This document shows, one piece after another, positions 1 through 19,794 of a DNA stretch of 64,000 nucleotides. The notes below the pieces were generated by a model that ran no database searches, was not told where the DNA came from, and saw only the letters and a list, made by a program, of their open reading frames with translations. A program made the translations under genes and the position numbers. Position 1 is the stretch's first letter; the number at the start of each line of letters is the position of its first letter. The DNA is taken from the NCBI RefSeq assembly GCF_009914755.1, contig NC_060936.1; one strand, 5' to 3'. This DNA is from the human T2T-CHM13v2.0 reference genome, Homo sapiens.

Positions 1-2660
<2,660 letters not shown>

Positions 2661-3961
2661 AATAATAATAATAAAATTTAAAAAGGCAATTATAACAAAA
2701 TGAGATATGTGCTACAAGAAATTCAGGGCACTCCTGCAGCTCTTAACCCAGGCTGGAGGGGAGTGTTCAGGGAAGACTTCCTGGAGGGAGTGGCTCTTCT
2801 AAACTGAGACCTGAAGAACCAGATGGTGCTAGGCAGGTAAATGAGAGGAGAAGAAAAGCATTCCAGACAGAAAGAAAGCACTGCAAAGAAAGCTGGGAGG
2901 ACAGAGGCAAGCTTGGGGCTTTCGGGAAGCTAAATAGTTCAGCACAGTTAGAGCATGGGGTGGAGGTGAGGGCTGTTCTTCCTTGCACTAGTGCCACAAG
3001 CTACTTACAGTGAGATGCCCTAATGTAAATCAGAGCCTGGCTGGGTTAGATTACACATGTCAGTCCTAAGTATTTCAGATGTTCACTGGCAATCAGTATG
3101 AGTTGCCTTTACCATACAAATGTTTATTGTATATCCCTGAATAGGATGATTGTAAAGGGGTGGCATGATCAGTCTGGGGGAAGGGGCCTTGAGGGGAGTA
3201 TGGTCTCACAGTGTCCAAAGGAGAGCTGTGAATAGCAAAAGGATGCTTGTTTGGAAGACAGAAGGACAGCAGAAGGGGACAAAGCAAAAATCCAATCATC
3301 CCTCCTTGTGTGAGGAAGATGGGGCTCAGGGGGAGCGGAATTCAAAATGTGAGGATGTTTATTAAAACCTATGGTTCCCCCAAAATTAGAGGGGACCTCA
3401 ATCTGCATCCAGAGGGGGCTGGTTAAGCAGGAAATGTACAGTTCTAGTTCTGAATACTATGCAAACATTAAAAATACCACATTCATATGTGTGGATATGA
3501 AAAGATCTCCAAGATACTGACATCTACAGTGTGTACTGTGCTAGATGCTAGGGACACAGCAGAGGGGACAAAGTGTCTGCCTCCCTAGAGACAACACCAT
3601 CTCCACACCCTCACCTTGGCCTTCAGGATGTGCCTGAAGCAGCTTCTCCTCCACTCCTGCTACTCCTGGCAGCTTCTCTGGGATCTGCTGTCTGGAAGCC
3701 TGTGTCCCTTTCCTTCCTCCAGGTCTTTGCATGGGCTGGCTCCTCTCCCTGGACACTGTTTTGCTCCCTCTACCTCTGCCTCCCGAGTCTTTGCCTGGCC
3801 AAGGCCTCCTCAGCCTTCAGGTCCTTGACTTAGTAAGGGGCCCAGGCCTGTGTGACCCAATCTAGAACTTTCCTTTGAGTTTATACCTCTGAAAGGCCTT
3901 GTTGTCTCCCATTATGCCTTTTGTTCCACCTCAAAGCATTTTTCTTTTTTTTTTTTTTTGA

Positions 3962-4219
<258 letters not shown>

Positions 4220-4335
4220 TGAGCCACCATGCCCGGCTCACATATTTCTTAATTTCTTTTTTCCTATTTGTAGTTTATGATTCTTATATTTATTGAAGTC
4301 TGTATGTATAACACTGTGCTAATACCAGTGACTTC

Positions 4336-5285
4336 CTGTGATGTCTTATCTTTGACACTATTTCTGACACCAAATGTGTGGTGCGGTCTTTATCTCTGGC
4401 ACCAGATACGTGTCATTTTTCCACATCAATTGTTCAATTATCTGAGATCAACTGGACCTCTGAAAATTCTATTCAGTTCTGACACTAACTACCCAGAGTT
4501 AGCACAGACCCTGAACAAAAGTTAAGGACTGAGTCCCACAAGACCGCCCCCACTTTAGATGCCTGCACAAATGAGGTGCCCCAGCTACCCACATTTTTGT
4601 TGGGCCTACTACAAATTCAGAGGTTCCCACTCACCCCCTTCAGGTTCAATAATTTACTAGAGTGACTCACAGAACTCAGGACAGCACCTTATTTACATTT
4701 TCCAGTTTATTATAAAGGATACAACTAGGATCAACCAAATGGAAGCGATGCATAGGGCAAGGCATGGGGCGGGGCACAGCAGGAGGAGGTGGGAACAGAG
4801 CTTCCATGTCCTCTCCAGGTGCACCACCCTCCCAGCACATCAATGCGTTCATCATTCCAGACTTTCGGAACCTCCTGTTCAAGAGTGTTTGGAGCCCAGT
4901 CTCTAGCCCCACTCCCCTCCCTGGAGGTTGGGGGAAGGAGCTGAAAGTTTCCATCTCTAGTAATGTGGATAGTCTTTCTGGTGAACTCCCATATGTATGT
5001 TAATAAAATAAATGATTAAATTTTGTCTTCTTTTTGTTTGTTTTAGAGACAGGGGTCTCGCTCTGTTGCCCATGGGGCAGTGCAGTGGCATGATGCTAGC
5101 CCACGGCAGCCTCGACCTCCTGGACTCAAGTGATCCTCCCGCCTCAGCCTCCCAGAGTGTTGGGATTATGGGTGTAAGCCACCACGCTTGGCCTTCTCTT
5201 GTTAATATATCTTTCGTCTGTTTAATTCACAGGTCCCCAAAGACTAAACCTGAGGGTAGATAAAAAGTTTTTCCTCCCAGACACT
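4336..5285. mobile_element. MER21-like LTR relic with an Alu monomer inserted
   Basis: Motifs TTCTGACACTAACTACCCAGAGTTAGCACAGACCC and GACTCACAGAACTCAGG resemble the MER21 consensus as recalled; boundaries approximate. Confidence 0.65.
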
Positions 5286-5554
5286 GTCTACAAACTGATT
5301 CTAAAATTTACAGAGAAGCCAGGGCACTGTGTTTTGCACCTGTAGTCTCAGTTGCACACTTGGGAGCTACTTGGGAGCTGAGACAGGAAGATCGCTGGAG
5401 GCCAGGAGTTTGAGGCTATAATACACCATGATCATGCCTGTGAGTAGCCAATGCACTCCAGCCTGGGCAACATAGAAAGGCAAAGGTACTAGACTTGCCA
5501 AAACAATTTTTTTTTTTTTTGAGATGGAGTCGCGCTCTATCGCCCAGGCTGTAG

Positions 5555-5707
<153 letters not shown>

Positions 5708-6300
5708 TAGCCAAGATGGTTTCAATCTCCTGACCTTGTGATCCGCCTGCCTCGGCCTCCCAAAGTGCTGGGATTACAGGCGTGAGCCACCATGCCCGGC
5801 CTAGCCAAAACAATTTTTTTACAGAGAAAGGCAAAGGTACTAGATTAGCCAAAACAATTCTGAAAAAAAAAATAGTCAGAGGACTCACATACTCACATTA
5901 CCCAACTTCAAGACTCACTATAAAGTTACAGTATTCAAAGTAGGGTGGTATCAGCAAAAAGATAAACACATAGAGCAGTGAGACAGAATAGACAGCCCAG
6001 GCCAGACATGGGCTTTGGGAGGCTGAGGCAGGAGGATTGCTGGAGTCCATGAGTTCGAGACCAGCCTGGGCAAGATGGCGAGACCTCCATCTCTACAAAA
6101 AAGTAAAAATTTAGCCAGGCATCGGTGGCTCGTGCCTGTGGTCCCAGCTACTCGAGAGGCTGACGCAGGAGGATCCCTCAAGCCCAGGATCCAGCCTGGA
6201 AAACAGAGCAAGACCTCATCTCTTAAAGAAAAAAAAAGGCCAGGCACGGTGGCTTACACCTGTAATCCCAGCACTTTGGGAGTCTGAGGCGGGTGGATCA

Positions 6301-6534
<234 letters not shown>

Positions 6535-6549
6535 TCAAAAGAAGAGCGA

Positions 6550-7500
6550 AGGTGGTGAGATATATTTTCAAGATTGAGCTTAAAGAATTTAAGCTCATTA
6601 ATGTGCTTAAATTAGATGTGAGGTGTGAGGAATATACACAAGTCAAGGAAAACTTCTAGATCTCTCTCCTGAGCACCTGGAAGAATGCAGTGGCTATTTA
6701 CAGTGATAAGGAAGCCTGCAGGATAAGCAGGCAGGTTTGGGAGTAGAATAGGTCTGTTGTGGATGTGTTAGGTTTGAGACAGATGCCTGTTAGACATCCT
6801 AGAGCTATTTCAAATAGGACTTAGAGATATGGGATGGGCATTCAGGGGCAAAGTTTGGGGTGAAAATACAAATTTGAGAGTTGTGAGCCATGAAATTTAA
6901 AGCCATGAAAATGGAGACTCCCAAGAGAGAGTTTAAATAGAGAAGTAGCCCAATAGAGAAGGCCTGGTTCACTTCTTCCTTCAGATGTCATGGAGAAAAG
7001 GGGAAACAAACAGAGGAGCCTGAGGTGGAGCAGCCAGTGAGATGGGAGGACAGCTAAGAGAGTGTGTGGTCCTGGAAGCCAAGGGAGGACCCAGAGGAAG
7101 AGAGCAACTGTGACATGTATGGCCATGAAGGGCACTGAGAATTGGCCACTGTGTTTAGCAGCATGGTGGTCACCGGTGACCACCACATTTGAGCTGTGTG
7201 GGTGCAGTGGATTAAAGAGAGAATGGGAGGTGAGGAATCGGGGACAGGGAGTACAGACAACTCTTGGAGGAAAGCCGAGATGGGATGGTAGCTACAGGAG
7301 AATGTGTAGGCAAGGGAAGCATTTTTAAAAGAATATGACAGCATGTTTGCACGCTGGTGGGAATAATCCAGTAGACAGGGGAAATTGATGATGCAGGAGA
7401 GGGAGAAGAGACAATCACAGGAATGAGAGGAGATGGACCCAGTGCCAGGGAGATGGCCTTAGATAGGAGCATGAACAGTTCATACAGGGTAACGGCAAGG
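6550..7500. mobile_element. Old L2-like LINE relic
   Basis: Degenerate purine-rich L2-type tract; similar relics at ~11560-11790 and ~12300-12900. Confidence 0.55.
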
Positions 7501-8244
7501 GAGGCAGAATGTGTGTATACAGATGTGGGTGGGTGGGTGGGGACAGGTGGTGGAAATGCATGGAAGTTTATGAAAGGAATAAAGTAGATTTATATATCGT
7601 GACAGGGAACTCAGAATCATCCCATTTTGGTAAAAAGGAAAAAAGCCTGTTATATGCCGGGAAAAAATCAAATTTTAACATTATCTTTGAGTTGTAAGAT
7701 TACAGATCTTACAAAGGAACTTTCTTTTTCAGATTCTAAATTTCTACAGTGTTTCACTTTTATACAATGAGTACCTATTACTTCTGAAAGTAGAATTAAA
7801 AAGATTATTTTTATCTTTGAAAGATATTCATCAGAACAAAGCACTGTTACAATACTGAAAAACTGGAAGCAACTTAAGTGTCCACTGATAAGTGATTGTT
7901 TCAAGAAGTTATGCATGGACTTTTTTTTTTTTTTTTTGAGACGGAGTCTCACTGTGACACCCAGGCTGGAGTGCAATAGCGCAATCTCGGATCACTGCAA
8001 CCTCCGCTTTGCTTCCTGGGTTCAAGCGATTCTCCTGCCTCAGCCTCCTAAGTAGCCTACAGGCACGCAACACTACACCTGGCTAATTTTTTATATTTTT
8101 AGTAGAGATGGGGTTTCACCATATTGGCCAGGCTGGTCTCGAACTTCTGACCGCAAGTGATCCAACCACCTGGGCCTCCCAAAGTGCTGGGATTACAGGC
8201 GTGAGCCACCGCCCCTGGCCGCATGGACTATAAAGAAGCTATTA

Positions 8245-8394
<150 letters not shown>

Positions 8395-8746
8395 TTAAAA
8401 ATACATAAGTAAATAGTTATGTTGTAGAAGGCTTTTTTTTTTTTTTTTTTTTGAGATGGAGTCTTGCTCTGTCGCCCAGGCTGGAGTGCAGTGGCACGAT
8501 CTCGGCTCACTGCAACCTCCACCTCCTAGGTTCAAGCAATTCTCTGCCTCACCCTCCCAAGTAGCTGAGATTACAGGCGCCCACCACCACACCCAGCCAA
8601 TTTTTGTATTTTTAGTAGAGACAGGGTTTTAACATCTTGGCCAGGCTGGTCTTGAACTCCCGACCTCGTGATCCACCTGCCTCGGCCTCCCAAAGTGCTG
8701 GGATTACGAAAAGCAGGTAACAAAAATGATACATTGGCCAGGTTCA

Positions 8747-8860
<114 letters not shown>

Positions 8861-9990
8861 TCAAAAAAATTAGCCAGGTGTGGTGGTGTGCACCTGTGAT
8901 CCCAGCTACTTGGGAGGGAGGGGCAGTCGGATCCCTTGAGCCTGGGAGTTTGAGGCTGTAGTGAGGTACGATCGCACCACTACACCCTAGCCTATTTGAC
9001 AGAGTAAGTCCCTGTCTAAAAAAAAAAAAAAAAAAAAAAAAAGATACATACAGTGTGATAGGTATTATATGATATGAATATGTTCTTATCTGTAGACTGG
9101 ATGTATTTAAGACAAAATATTGACAATGGTTATCTCTGTACAGTTAACATTTATAATTCATTCCTTGTGTTCTTCTGTATCTACTACCATGTGCATTTAT
9201 TATTTTTGTAATTTTTAATGAAAAACGGGTGTCAGGAAAGAAAATTGATTAAAACCCCTGTAAATATTTCACATGTGTAATGGCTGTGACATTGAGTTTG
9301 AGAACAGCTGCAGTTGGCTGCACTAATTACATTATTTTACTTTATAGCTTTGTAGTAAAGGTTGATTTATATGAGCCGAAATGGAAAATGGTCACAGAGA
9401 AAAGAGTTGCAGAGGCCCTGGCCAAAACCACCTGGCACCCTGCTAATGAAATAATACCTTTGGAGTTTCTTGGGGGAAGTGGCTCCTGGAAGAAACAGAT
9501 TATTATGTACAGCCTTAAGCTCTGGCTTTGTGATCCTAAGATGATAAGTTTGGGGGTACCAAGGGTTCTGCTCTTACCGAGAGAGAAAAACAACTTCTTT
9601 GCATTCCCCTCTCTGTCCCCTGAGAGAACCAGGGCTTTGCAAACAGATGTTTCTGTTTTTGTTTTTGAGTCAGGGTCTCGCTCTGTTGCCCAGGCTGGAG
9701 TGCAGTGGTGCAATCATAGCTCACTGCAGCCTTGAACTCTTGGGCTCAAGCAATCCTCCCCGCTGTAGCCTCCTGAGTAGCTGGAACTACCGGCACACCC
9801 CACTATACTAGCTAATTTTTTATTTTTATTTTTGGTAGAGATGGGGTCTTGCTATATTGCCCAGGCTGGTCTCCATCTCCTGGGTAAGGCATCCTCCTGC
9901 CTTAGCCTCCCAAAGCGCTAGGATTATAGGCATGAGACACTGCACCTGGAGTGCAAACAGATGTTTAAAATGGAGAAACCAAGAGCCTGA

Positions 9991-11284
<1,294 letters not shown>

Positions 11285-11918
11285 ACAGAGCCACTGGTGG
11301 CCGCAGAAGACAGTCCACGTGTCTTAACCAGGCTTACAAGACTCCAAAGGTCTGGCTTCTCCCCACCCCTACTCCCTGTCTTGTCTCTCCCACACTCCCC
11401 CAACAGCTTCTCTGGAGCCAAGTCAGCCAGCCTCCTTCCAGCTTCAGGCCTTTGAACATGCTGTTCTTTCCACCTAAAAAGCTCCCTGCACTTCCCCCAG
11501 CCTAGTTCCCTGCTTGTATAGATTGTTCCTCTAATGTGACTCCTGGAAAAGCCTTCCTTGCCTCTCAGGCTAGAGCAGAGCCCCCATTAACAGCTCTCAC
11601 ACCAGCCTATCTTTCTCCTCCACTGCATTTGTCACATCCTGTGATCCTGTGTGCATCCTGTTCAATGTCTGTCTCCACACATAAAATGTAAACTCCAAAA
11701 GGATAGGAACTGTGTCTGACTCGCTTCCTTTCATGTCCCTTGTGCCTAGATGGGTGCCTTGTATCAAGCAGGTGCTCAACAAATGTCTGCTGAAAAAATG
11801 ATGCAGGGTGCGGTGGCTCACGCAGGTAATCCCAGCACTTTGGGAGGCCGAGGCGGGTGGATCACCTGAGGTCGGGAGTTCAAGGCCAGCCTGACCAACA
11901 TGGAGAAACCCCATGTCA

Positions 11919-12120
<202 letters not shown>

Positions 12121-12916
12121 CTAAAAGACAGGGTAGGAACTCAAGGCTCATCCTCTACATGGCCAAAGCACTTAGGCAGGAAAATTAAGTAAGTAATAGA
12201 GCTTCTCTGGGGCAGGTGCCAAAGGAAGTCCATCTCTGTACCTAGCACCTAGCTCCGGGCCTGGCCCATAGTAAACGCTCAGAGAATATTGCTAGCTGAA
12301 TAAGCATTACTTCCATCTACACGTACTCCGCCCTCAGTGGTGATCTCATCCAGTCCCATTGCTTTAAATGTCACCTATAAGCTGATGACTCTCCAAATTA
12401 TAGCTCAAGGCTGGCCCTCTTCCCAGAACTCATATATCCAACTGCATATTTGACATCTCCACTTGGAATATCTAATAGGCATCTCAAACTTAACATGGCC
12501 AAAGCAGAACTTCTTGTTTCCTCTGCCAGACTTCCCCATCTCAATCTATTCTTCTCATTGTTCAGCTCACAAGTCTGGAGTCATCCTTGACTGCCTCTGG
12601 TTCCCTCCTATTCTGCATCCAATTGCTCAGCAAATCTGTCAGCTCTACCTTCAGAATACATCTGGAATCTGGCCATCTCTGCCCTATCTCTGCTACCACC
12701 TCCTTGTCCAAGCCACCATTCCTTCTTACCTGGACTGCTGCAATAGCCTCTAACTGCTCCCACCTCTCTCGCTGCTCCCATCAGCTTCCCCACCTTCCAT
12801 CCTCATGCAGTAGCCAGGTCATCAAGTCTTGGCTCAAATGGTGCCTTCTCAGAGAGGTCTTCCTAGAAAACTCTTTAAAACAAGACCCCTCACCCAGCGA
12901 TGCTTGGTTCTCTTAG

Positions 12917-13403
<487 letters not shown>

Positions 13404-13789
13404 TAAATGAAGGGCTAAATGAACTCTGAAAGAGTTTTGGGGAGTCAGATTTTCTCCCAGTCAATGAATCAGGATCTTGATGCCAGAAATCAGATACCAA
13501 CTACCTATTTTCTTGTTTGGAGCCCTAGAATAATTAAGAGTTAACACAAGACCACTTTGCATATAATTAAAGAGTGACACTGAGGTCACCTACTGAGTCA
13601 CAGAGGCCTTGTTAGCTCCTAGAGCAGACTACAGATCCCGCCTCTTAGTCTACACCGGAGCTAGCCGCTTGATCTGTAATTGTTGCTCTTTCCGTTCCTT
13701 CATCTGCAAGTAGGCCTGCCTGCCTTGTGGCCTTTACATGGAGCTGTGAGCTTGGGATCTGTGACATTCAAATTCAGTCCAGATTGTTT

Positions 13790-14022
13790 AGGGTGGTGCT
13801 TTTCAACTGCTGGGGAGTGATTTCACCCTCCAGAAGACATTCGGCACCATCTGCAGACATTTTTGGTTGTTGAAACTGGGGGTGTGGTGTGATTGGCATC
13901 TAGTGGGTAGAGGCCAGGGGTGCTGTTAAACATCCTCAAATGCATAGGACAGCTCCCCACAACAACAACAAAAAAAACTTTCTGGCCCAAAAGGTGAATA
14001 GTGCCAAGGTTGAGAAGTCCTG
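13790..14022 (+). mobile_element. MER20 (hAT-Charlie) DNA transposon relic
   Basis: GGCATCTAGTGGGTAGAGGCCAGGG...AATAGTGCCAAGGTTGAGAA matches MER20 as recalled. Confidence 0.75.
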
Positions 14023-14039
14023 GTCTACAGGAACACTAA

Positions 14040-14290
14040 TGATAAGTGGTAGCTAGCATCACTGATCTTTGCCATGTGCCCAGTACTGCACCACATTCTC
14101 TATGTGTATCATCTCACTTAATCCTCACATTGTCCCTGAGAAACAAGAACTCTTATAATCCCCATTTTACAGATGAGGAACCTGAGGCTCAGAGAGGTGG
14201 ACTCACTTGTTTAATGTCACATGGCTTAGTAGGGACAGATGCACACCCAAGGCTGCCTGGCCTCAAAGTCTGTTCCTTTAATGTCTATTC
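14040..14290 (-). mobile_element. MIR relic
   Basis: Core CCCATTTTACAGATGAGGAA.CTGAGGCTCAGAGAGG; further MIRs at ~15190-15400 and ~51450-51670. Confidence 0.75.
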
Positions 14291-15578
14291 TGTGTTGCTC
14301 TGCCCTCTGACTGAGAGCTGAGGGGGCCTGTTAGTCCTCTCTGGTTGTGTCTTCATCTGCTGCCCCTGTGGACAGGAGAGTGTTGGTCTACTCAGGCGGT
14401 GCTTGACTATTAGCCAGAAGGGAGGTTTTCTTTCCCTGAGTTGTCTCAGCCTTTCTGGCCTCACTCTCCCTGCACTGCAGTACAGTCCTTGGCTCCAAAG
14501 CTCAGCTCCACTGCCAGCCCCAGGCTGGTGCCAGCCCTTCTCCATGGGGTGGAAGCTTCCGGATTCAGACCTAGGCCTTGCAATCTCTCCCACAGGGTGC
14601 CTTCTTTCTGGATGGGGTCTTCAATCAACTCTGGGACCTGCAAGGTCACCTCACACTTCCTTTCAGATAAGGGAGGGTTAGAGCTGCTAGGGTGGTCACA
14701 GGACTCATGGTTCAAGAAAGTACTCAAGGTTCCAGAAAGCTAGACAAGTGATTGCTGGACTGGGCTGGGAACAGAGTGATCCTGGGGCAGTAGTGAGGAA
14801 CAGGCCACGGTCCTACTTGTGGATGAGGTGAGGAGAGCTGCAGACCCCGTAAGGAATCCCTCAGCCTGCCTGTGAGTAACAACTCTGAAGGGCTTTCTGA
14901 GGGCCCTGGGAAAGTCTGATGACCGGAGCTGAAAGGTGATTCTGTCCAAGGAAGATCACGATGGCCAAGAACCAATGTAGGGTCAAGTTTCAGGTGTCTG
15001 TTGCGGAGGAATCAAGGCTGAAGTACTCTGAACTATCCATCCTTTCTTCCATCCATCCAACACATATTTAGGGAGCTCCTGCCAGGGGCCGACGATGCTT
15101 AGTGTCTCCAGCGACATTACTCTGTTCGGAGGCATCAACTCCCTTTGTTTAGGTGTTGCTCGGAGGTTCCATCTACCATGTGGGACTGTAGAGTCAGACC
15201 AGGATTCACATCCCAGCTCTGTCACTTTCTGTCACTGACTTTAGGCAAGAGACTTCATCTCTTTGAACCTCATTTTCTTCATCTGTATAATAAAGAGACG
15301 AACAGTTCTTACCTTGTAGAATTGTTATGAGAAGCCAATGAGATAATGTGTCTAAATGTCTGGTACATGGTAAGGTCTCAATATACAGTGGCAATAGCTA
15401 CTATTTATTATACCGTGGCTAGGTCTCTAGATGCATTATTTAATATAATCCCTGCCACCAACCTATAACGAAGATGTGATCTCCATTTAAAAATCAGGAA
15501 CCTACGAGGTGGGTGGATCACCTGAAGTCTGGAGTTCGAGACCAGCCTGGCCAACATGGTGAAACCCTGTCTCTACTA

Positions 15579-15773
<195 letters not shown>

Positions 15774-16741
15774 TCAGGAACCTGTGCCTTGGAGAGGTTA
15801 ACTAACTTGAAGGAGCTCATAGCTTAGGTTGATTCCAAAGCCCGTGCTCTCAGAAACATTAACCCCTAGTTATAATTTCCTGTGGCAAGAATGAAAAATG
15901 CAGGTTTTCAGGCTTAGAAGGATTTTTAAGCAAGTTTATCAGGCAGGAGTAGATATAGTAAGTTGCCAAAATGTGTGATGCTACAGAACCCCATATGGGC
16001 CACTTCAGGGGGACCTGGTGAAGGAATCTCACATTTATTCTAGGAGTCTGGGTTATTGTAGAAGAGTTTTTTTTTTTAATCCTCCTTAGGTTCTGAATCC
16101 CTTTATGAATCTGATGGAAGCTAAGGATCCTCTCTTTGGAAAAATGCCTGTAAGCACTACATACATTTTTGTGCATAATTCCAGAGGGCTTGGAAAACCT
16201 TTGCAATCCGGTCGTGGACCCCATTTAAGAACCCTCCTCGAGGGTAGCATTTTCCAAGTGCAGGACACATATCACTCATAGTGTCTGAGATCAGTTTAAC
16301 AATGCAAAAACAAATGTTTTATATTCTAATATTTATATTTTATAGTTACCTTCTATTTATGGCCAATGAGACTGGCTTTCCATTTATGGTAATGATATAA
16401 ATTTGTCTTTTAAAAGCATACTTATTAGGCCGGGTGCGATGGCTCACGCCTGTAATCCCAAAACTTAGGGAGGCCAAGGCAGGCGGATCACTTGAGCTCA
16501 GGAGTTCAAGACCAGCCTGGCCAACATGGCAAGACCCTGTCTCTACAAAAATAGAAAAATTAGCCGGGCATGGTGGTGTGCACCTGTATCCCAGCTACTC
16601 AGGAGGCCAAGGCAGAAGAATCACTTGAACCCAGATCGCGCCACTGCACTCCAGTCTGGGCGACAGAGTGAGACTCCATCTCAAAAAAATAAAATAAAAT
16701 AAAAAGTATACTTATTTAAAAAATAAAGGGAGTTCAAATAA

Positions 16742-17027
<286 letters not shown>

Positions 17028-17413
17028 TGATCCGCCTGCCTCGGCCTCCCAAAGTGCTGGGATTACAGGCGTGAGCCACCACACCCGGCCATATAAGGTA
17101 TTATTAATGAACAATTACATTACTATATTATGATGATAGTATTATTATAGTAAAAATTAAATAAATAATAACAGGGGTAGTGTAGTGTAGATATGGAAAA
17201 AAATCATGAGGATGATTTAGGAAATTTCCCTGGGGTTTCTACTTAGTGGAGTCACCGTGGCTTTACTTTAGTGTCATTTGCATTTCCAGGGTCCTCACTT
17301 GTTGTCAACCTATTTCTTCCTCAAGAGAGGTACTATAGTAATATTATAACTCCTCAAACCCTGAATCTCATCATTAGAAACATGGAACTGGAAAAAGCTG
17401 TTGATTTAATTGA

Positions 17414-17576
<163 letters not shown>

Positions 17577-19259
17577 TAGGTGGGATTACAGGCACGTGCC
17601 ACCATGCCCAGCTAATTTTGTATTTTTAGTAGAGATGGGGTTTCTCCATGTTGATCAGGCTGGTCTCAAACTCCTTACCTCAGGTCATCCACCCGCCTCG
17701 GCCTCCCAAAGTGCTGGGATTATAGGCATGAGCCACCGCACCCGGCCTATTCCCATCTTTTTCTTTCTGGAGTTGTGTGCCTCTGCTCAAATTGTTTTAT
17801 TTTTATTTTTTGAGATGGGGTTTGGCCATATTGCCCAGGCTGGTCTCCAACTACTGAGCTCAAGCGATCCCCTTGACTCGGCTTCTCAAAGTGCTGGGAT
17901 TACAGGTGTGAGCCATCATGCCCAGCCACAAATTGTTTTAAGGAGTAATGAGAGTAGATGGTCAGAGGAAAATGTAGAAATGTAAATAGGAAGCTTCCAG
18001 ATACATGATTAACCTGATAACTTATTTATGGAGGTTCGAAAAATACATTATAGGCATTTCAGAGCTGGTTGTTCAAAACCTTGCTGTGGCCTTTGGGATA
18101 GTTGTATAAACTGACAATTATTGATAAGATTCATTGATCATTTACTATGTGCCTCACATTGTGCTGAGAGAACTTCAAATGTTTAATACTGCTAACAAGC
18201 GTATGAACTGGTTTCCTTTTACATTTAGTCCTCCTTTACTTAAAGAAGACATTCAAATAGCTAGTAAATGACAGTGCTGGGATTTAAATCCAGATCTGAC
18301 TTGTCCCTCAACTCCCCCAAGATCTTGCTTTTTTAACCACTTCGTGTCTCCTCCCTAAGCCAGAGGGGACGTCATCTCTCTAACGGCCGCTTTTTCGTCC
18401 ATTAGAATACCTCCTCCTCAGAGATAAATCCCAACCAAGAATCTCTCCCACACAGGAAAGCCTGCCTCACCTGAGCAAGAAGCTTCACCCTGGACAAAAA
18501 CCCCGGGGCTCAACACTCCCAAATCCACCCGGATCCCCATCCCCAACCCCTTAAAGGATGTCCGCATTGCTTGGCAGAGACCCCACTCTTGGGGATAATC
18601 CCTTAATTCGTAAGGAAACACCCTCCCTCCTTGAAGCCCTCCCTCAATCCTGAGGATGCCCTCCCCTAAATATTTCAGAGCAGAACCGACTACAAATGGG
18701 GCCCAGTGCAAAATGAAAACGTAAGGGTCCCTCCTGTGAGACTGCACTGCTGGTTTACCCACGAAGCCGGCCCTGCTTCAGAGATACCCTTTCAGTAAAG
18801 GGAGAGGCCACCTCTGTCGTAATCCTGCTAACCTGGGGTGCGAGATCATGCGACCTGTCGTGGTGGGGGGGCGGGGGGGTGGGGGCAGGAATGGCCACCA
18901 ACTTCTAGAGACTGTTGTTCGAGAACACACCCTGGGACAACCTCCGTGAATTTGGAATCACTTCCCTTGGCCCCGGCAGAAGCTCCCTTCCTACCTCTCC
19001 AGACAGCTGGGTGGTCCTCGTAACCCGGCCGGGGCTCCACCTTCTGGGTGTGTGGGCCTCGTAGCGTGCGGCCCATTGCCCGGGCAACCGACGCCGTGAG
19101 CGGTGCATTGTGGTCTGCAACAAAATGCAGGAGAAAGATCCTGAGGGAACCATGGAGTCAGTGGACCAATGGAAGAATGCCGTGGGCTGCGTCAAGCCAA
19201 TAGGGTCGCGCGGCTAGGGGCGGGGCCGGCGGGAGCAGGGCGGGGCCTGAGCACTAGGC

Positions 19260-19388
19260 GGCGGCGGCTGGCGTGGGGCTGCTTAGATGCGCCACGGTTT
19301 CGGTAGCGACGGTAGCTCTAGCCGGGCCTGAGCTGTGCTAGCACCTCCCCCAGGAGACCGTTGCAGTCGGCCAGCCCCCTTCTCCACG
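19260..19388 (+). other. DYNLL1: DYNLL1 proximal non-coding first exon (start approximate)
   Basis: Donor CACG|GTGAGA at 19388/19389; 199-nt intron to acceptor CCACTAG| at 19587. Confidence 0.75.
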
Positions 19389-19587
19389 GTGAGAAACTCG
19401 GGGGGCCAGGGGGTGTCCTCGCTGCCTTATTTCGCCCCACTCCGGACTTAGCCCTCCGCGTAGCCCGCGCTTCCTGAGAAGTGGGGTGGGGGGCGTCGTC
19501 CCGTGGTGGCGCCGGCCGGGGTGGGGGCAGTTAGTGCCTGGGGGGCGCGGCCCAACTCAACCCCTTACCCCAGGCCTTGCCCACTAG

Positions 19588-19794
<207 letters not shown>

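Noticed and set aside
9280-9735. 151-aa plus-strand ORF and 123-aa antisense ORF
   Set aside because: No recognisable domain, partly Alu, no supporting splice or promoter context.
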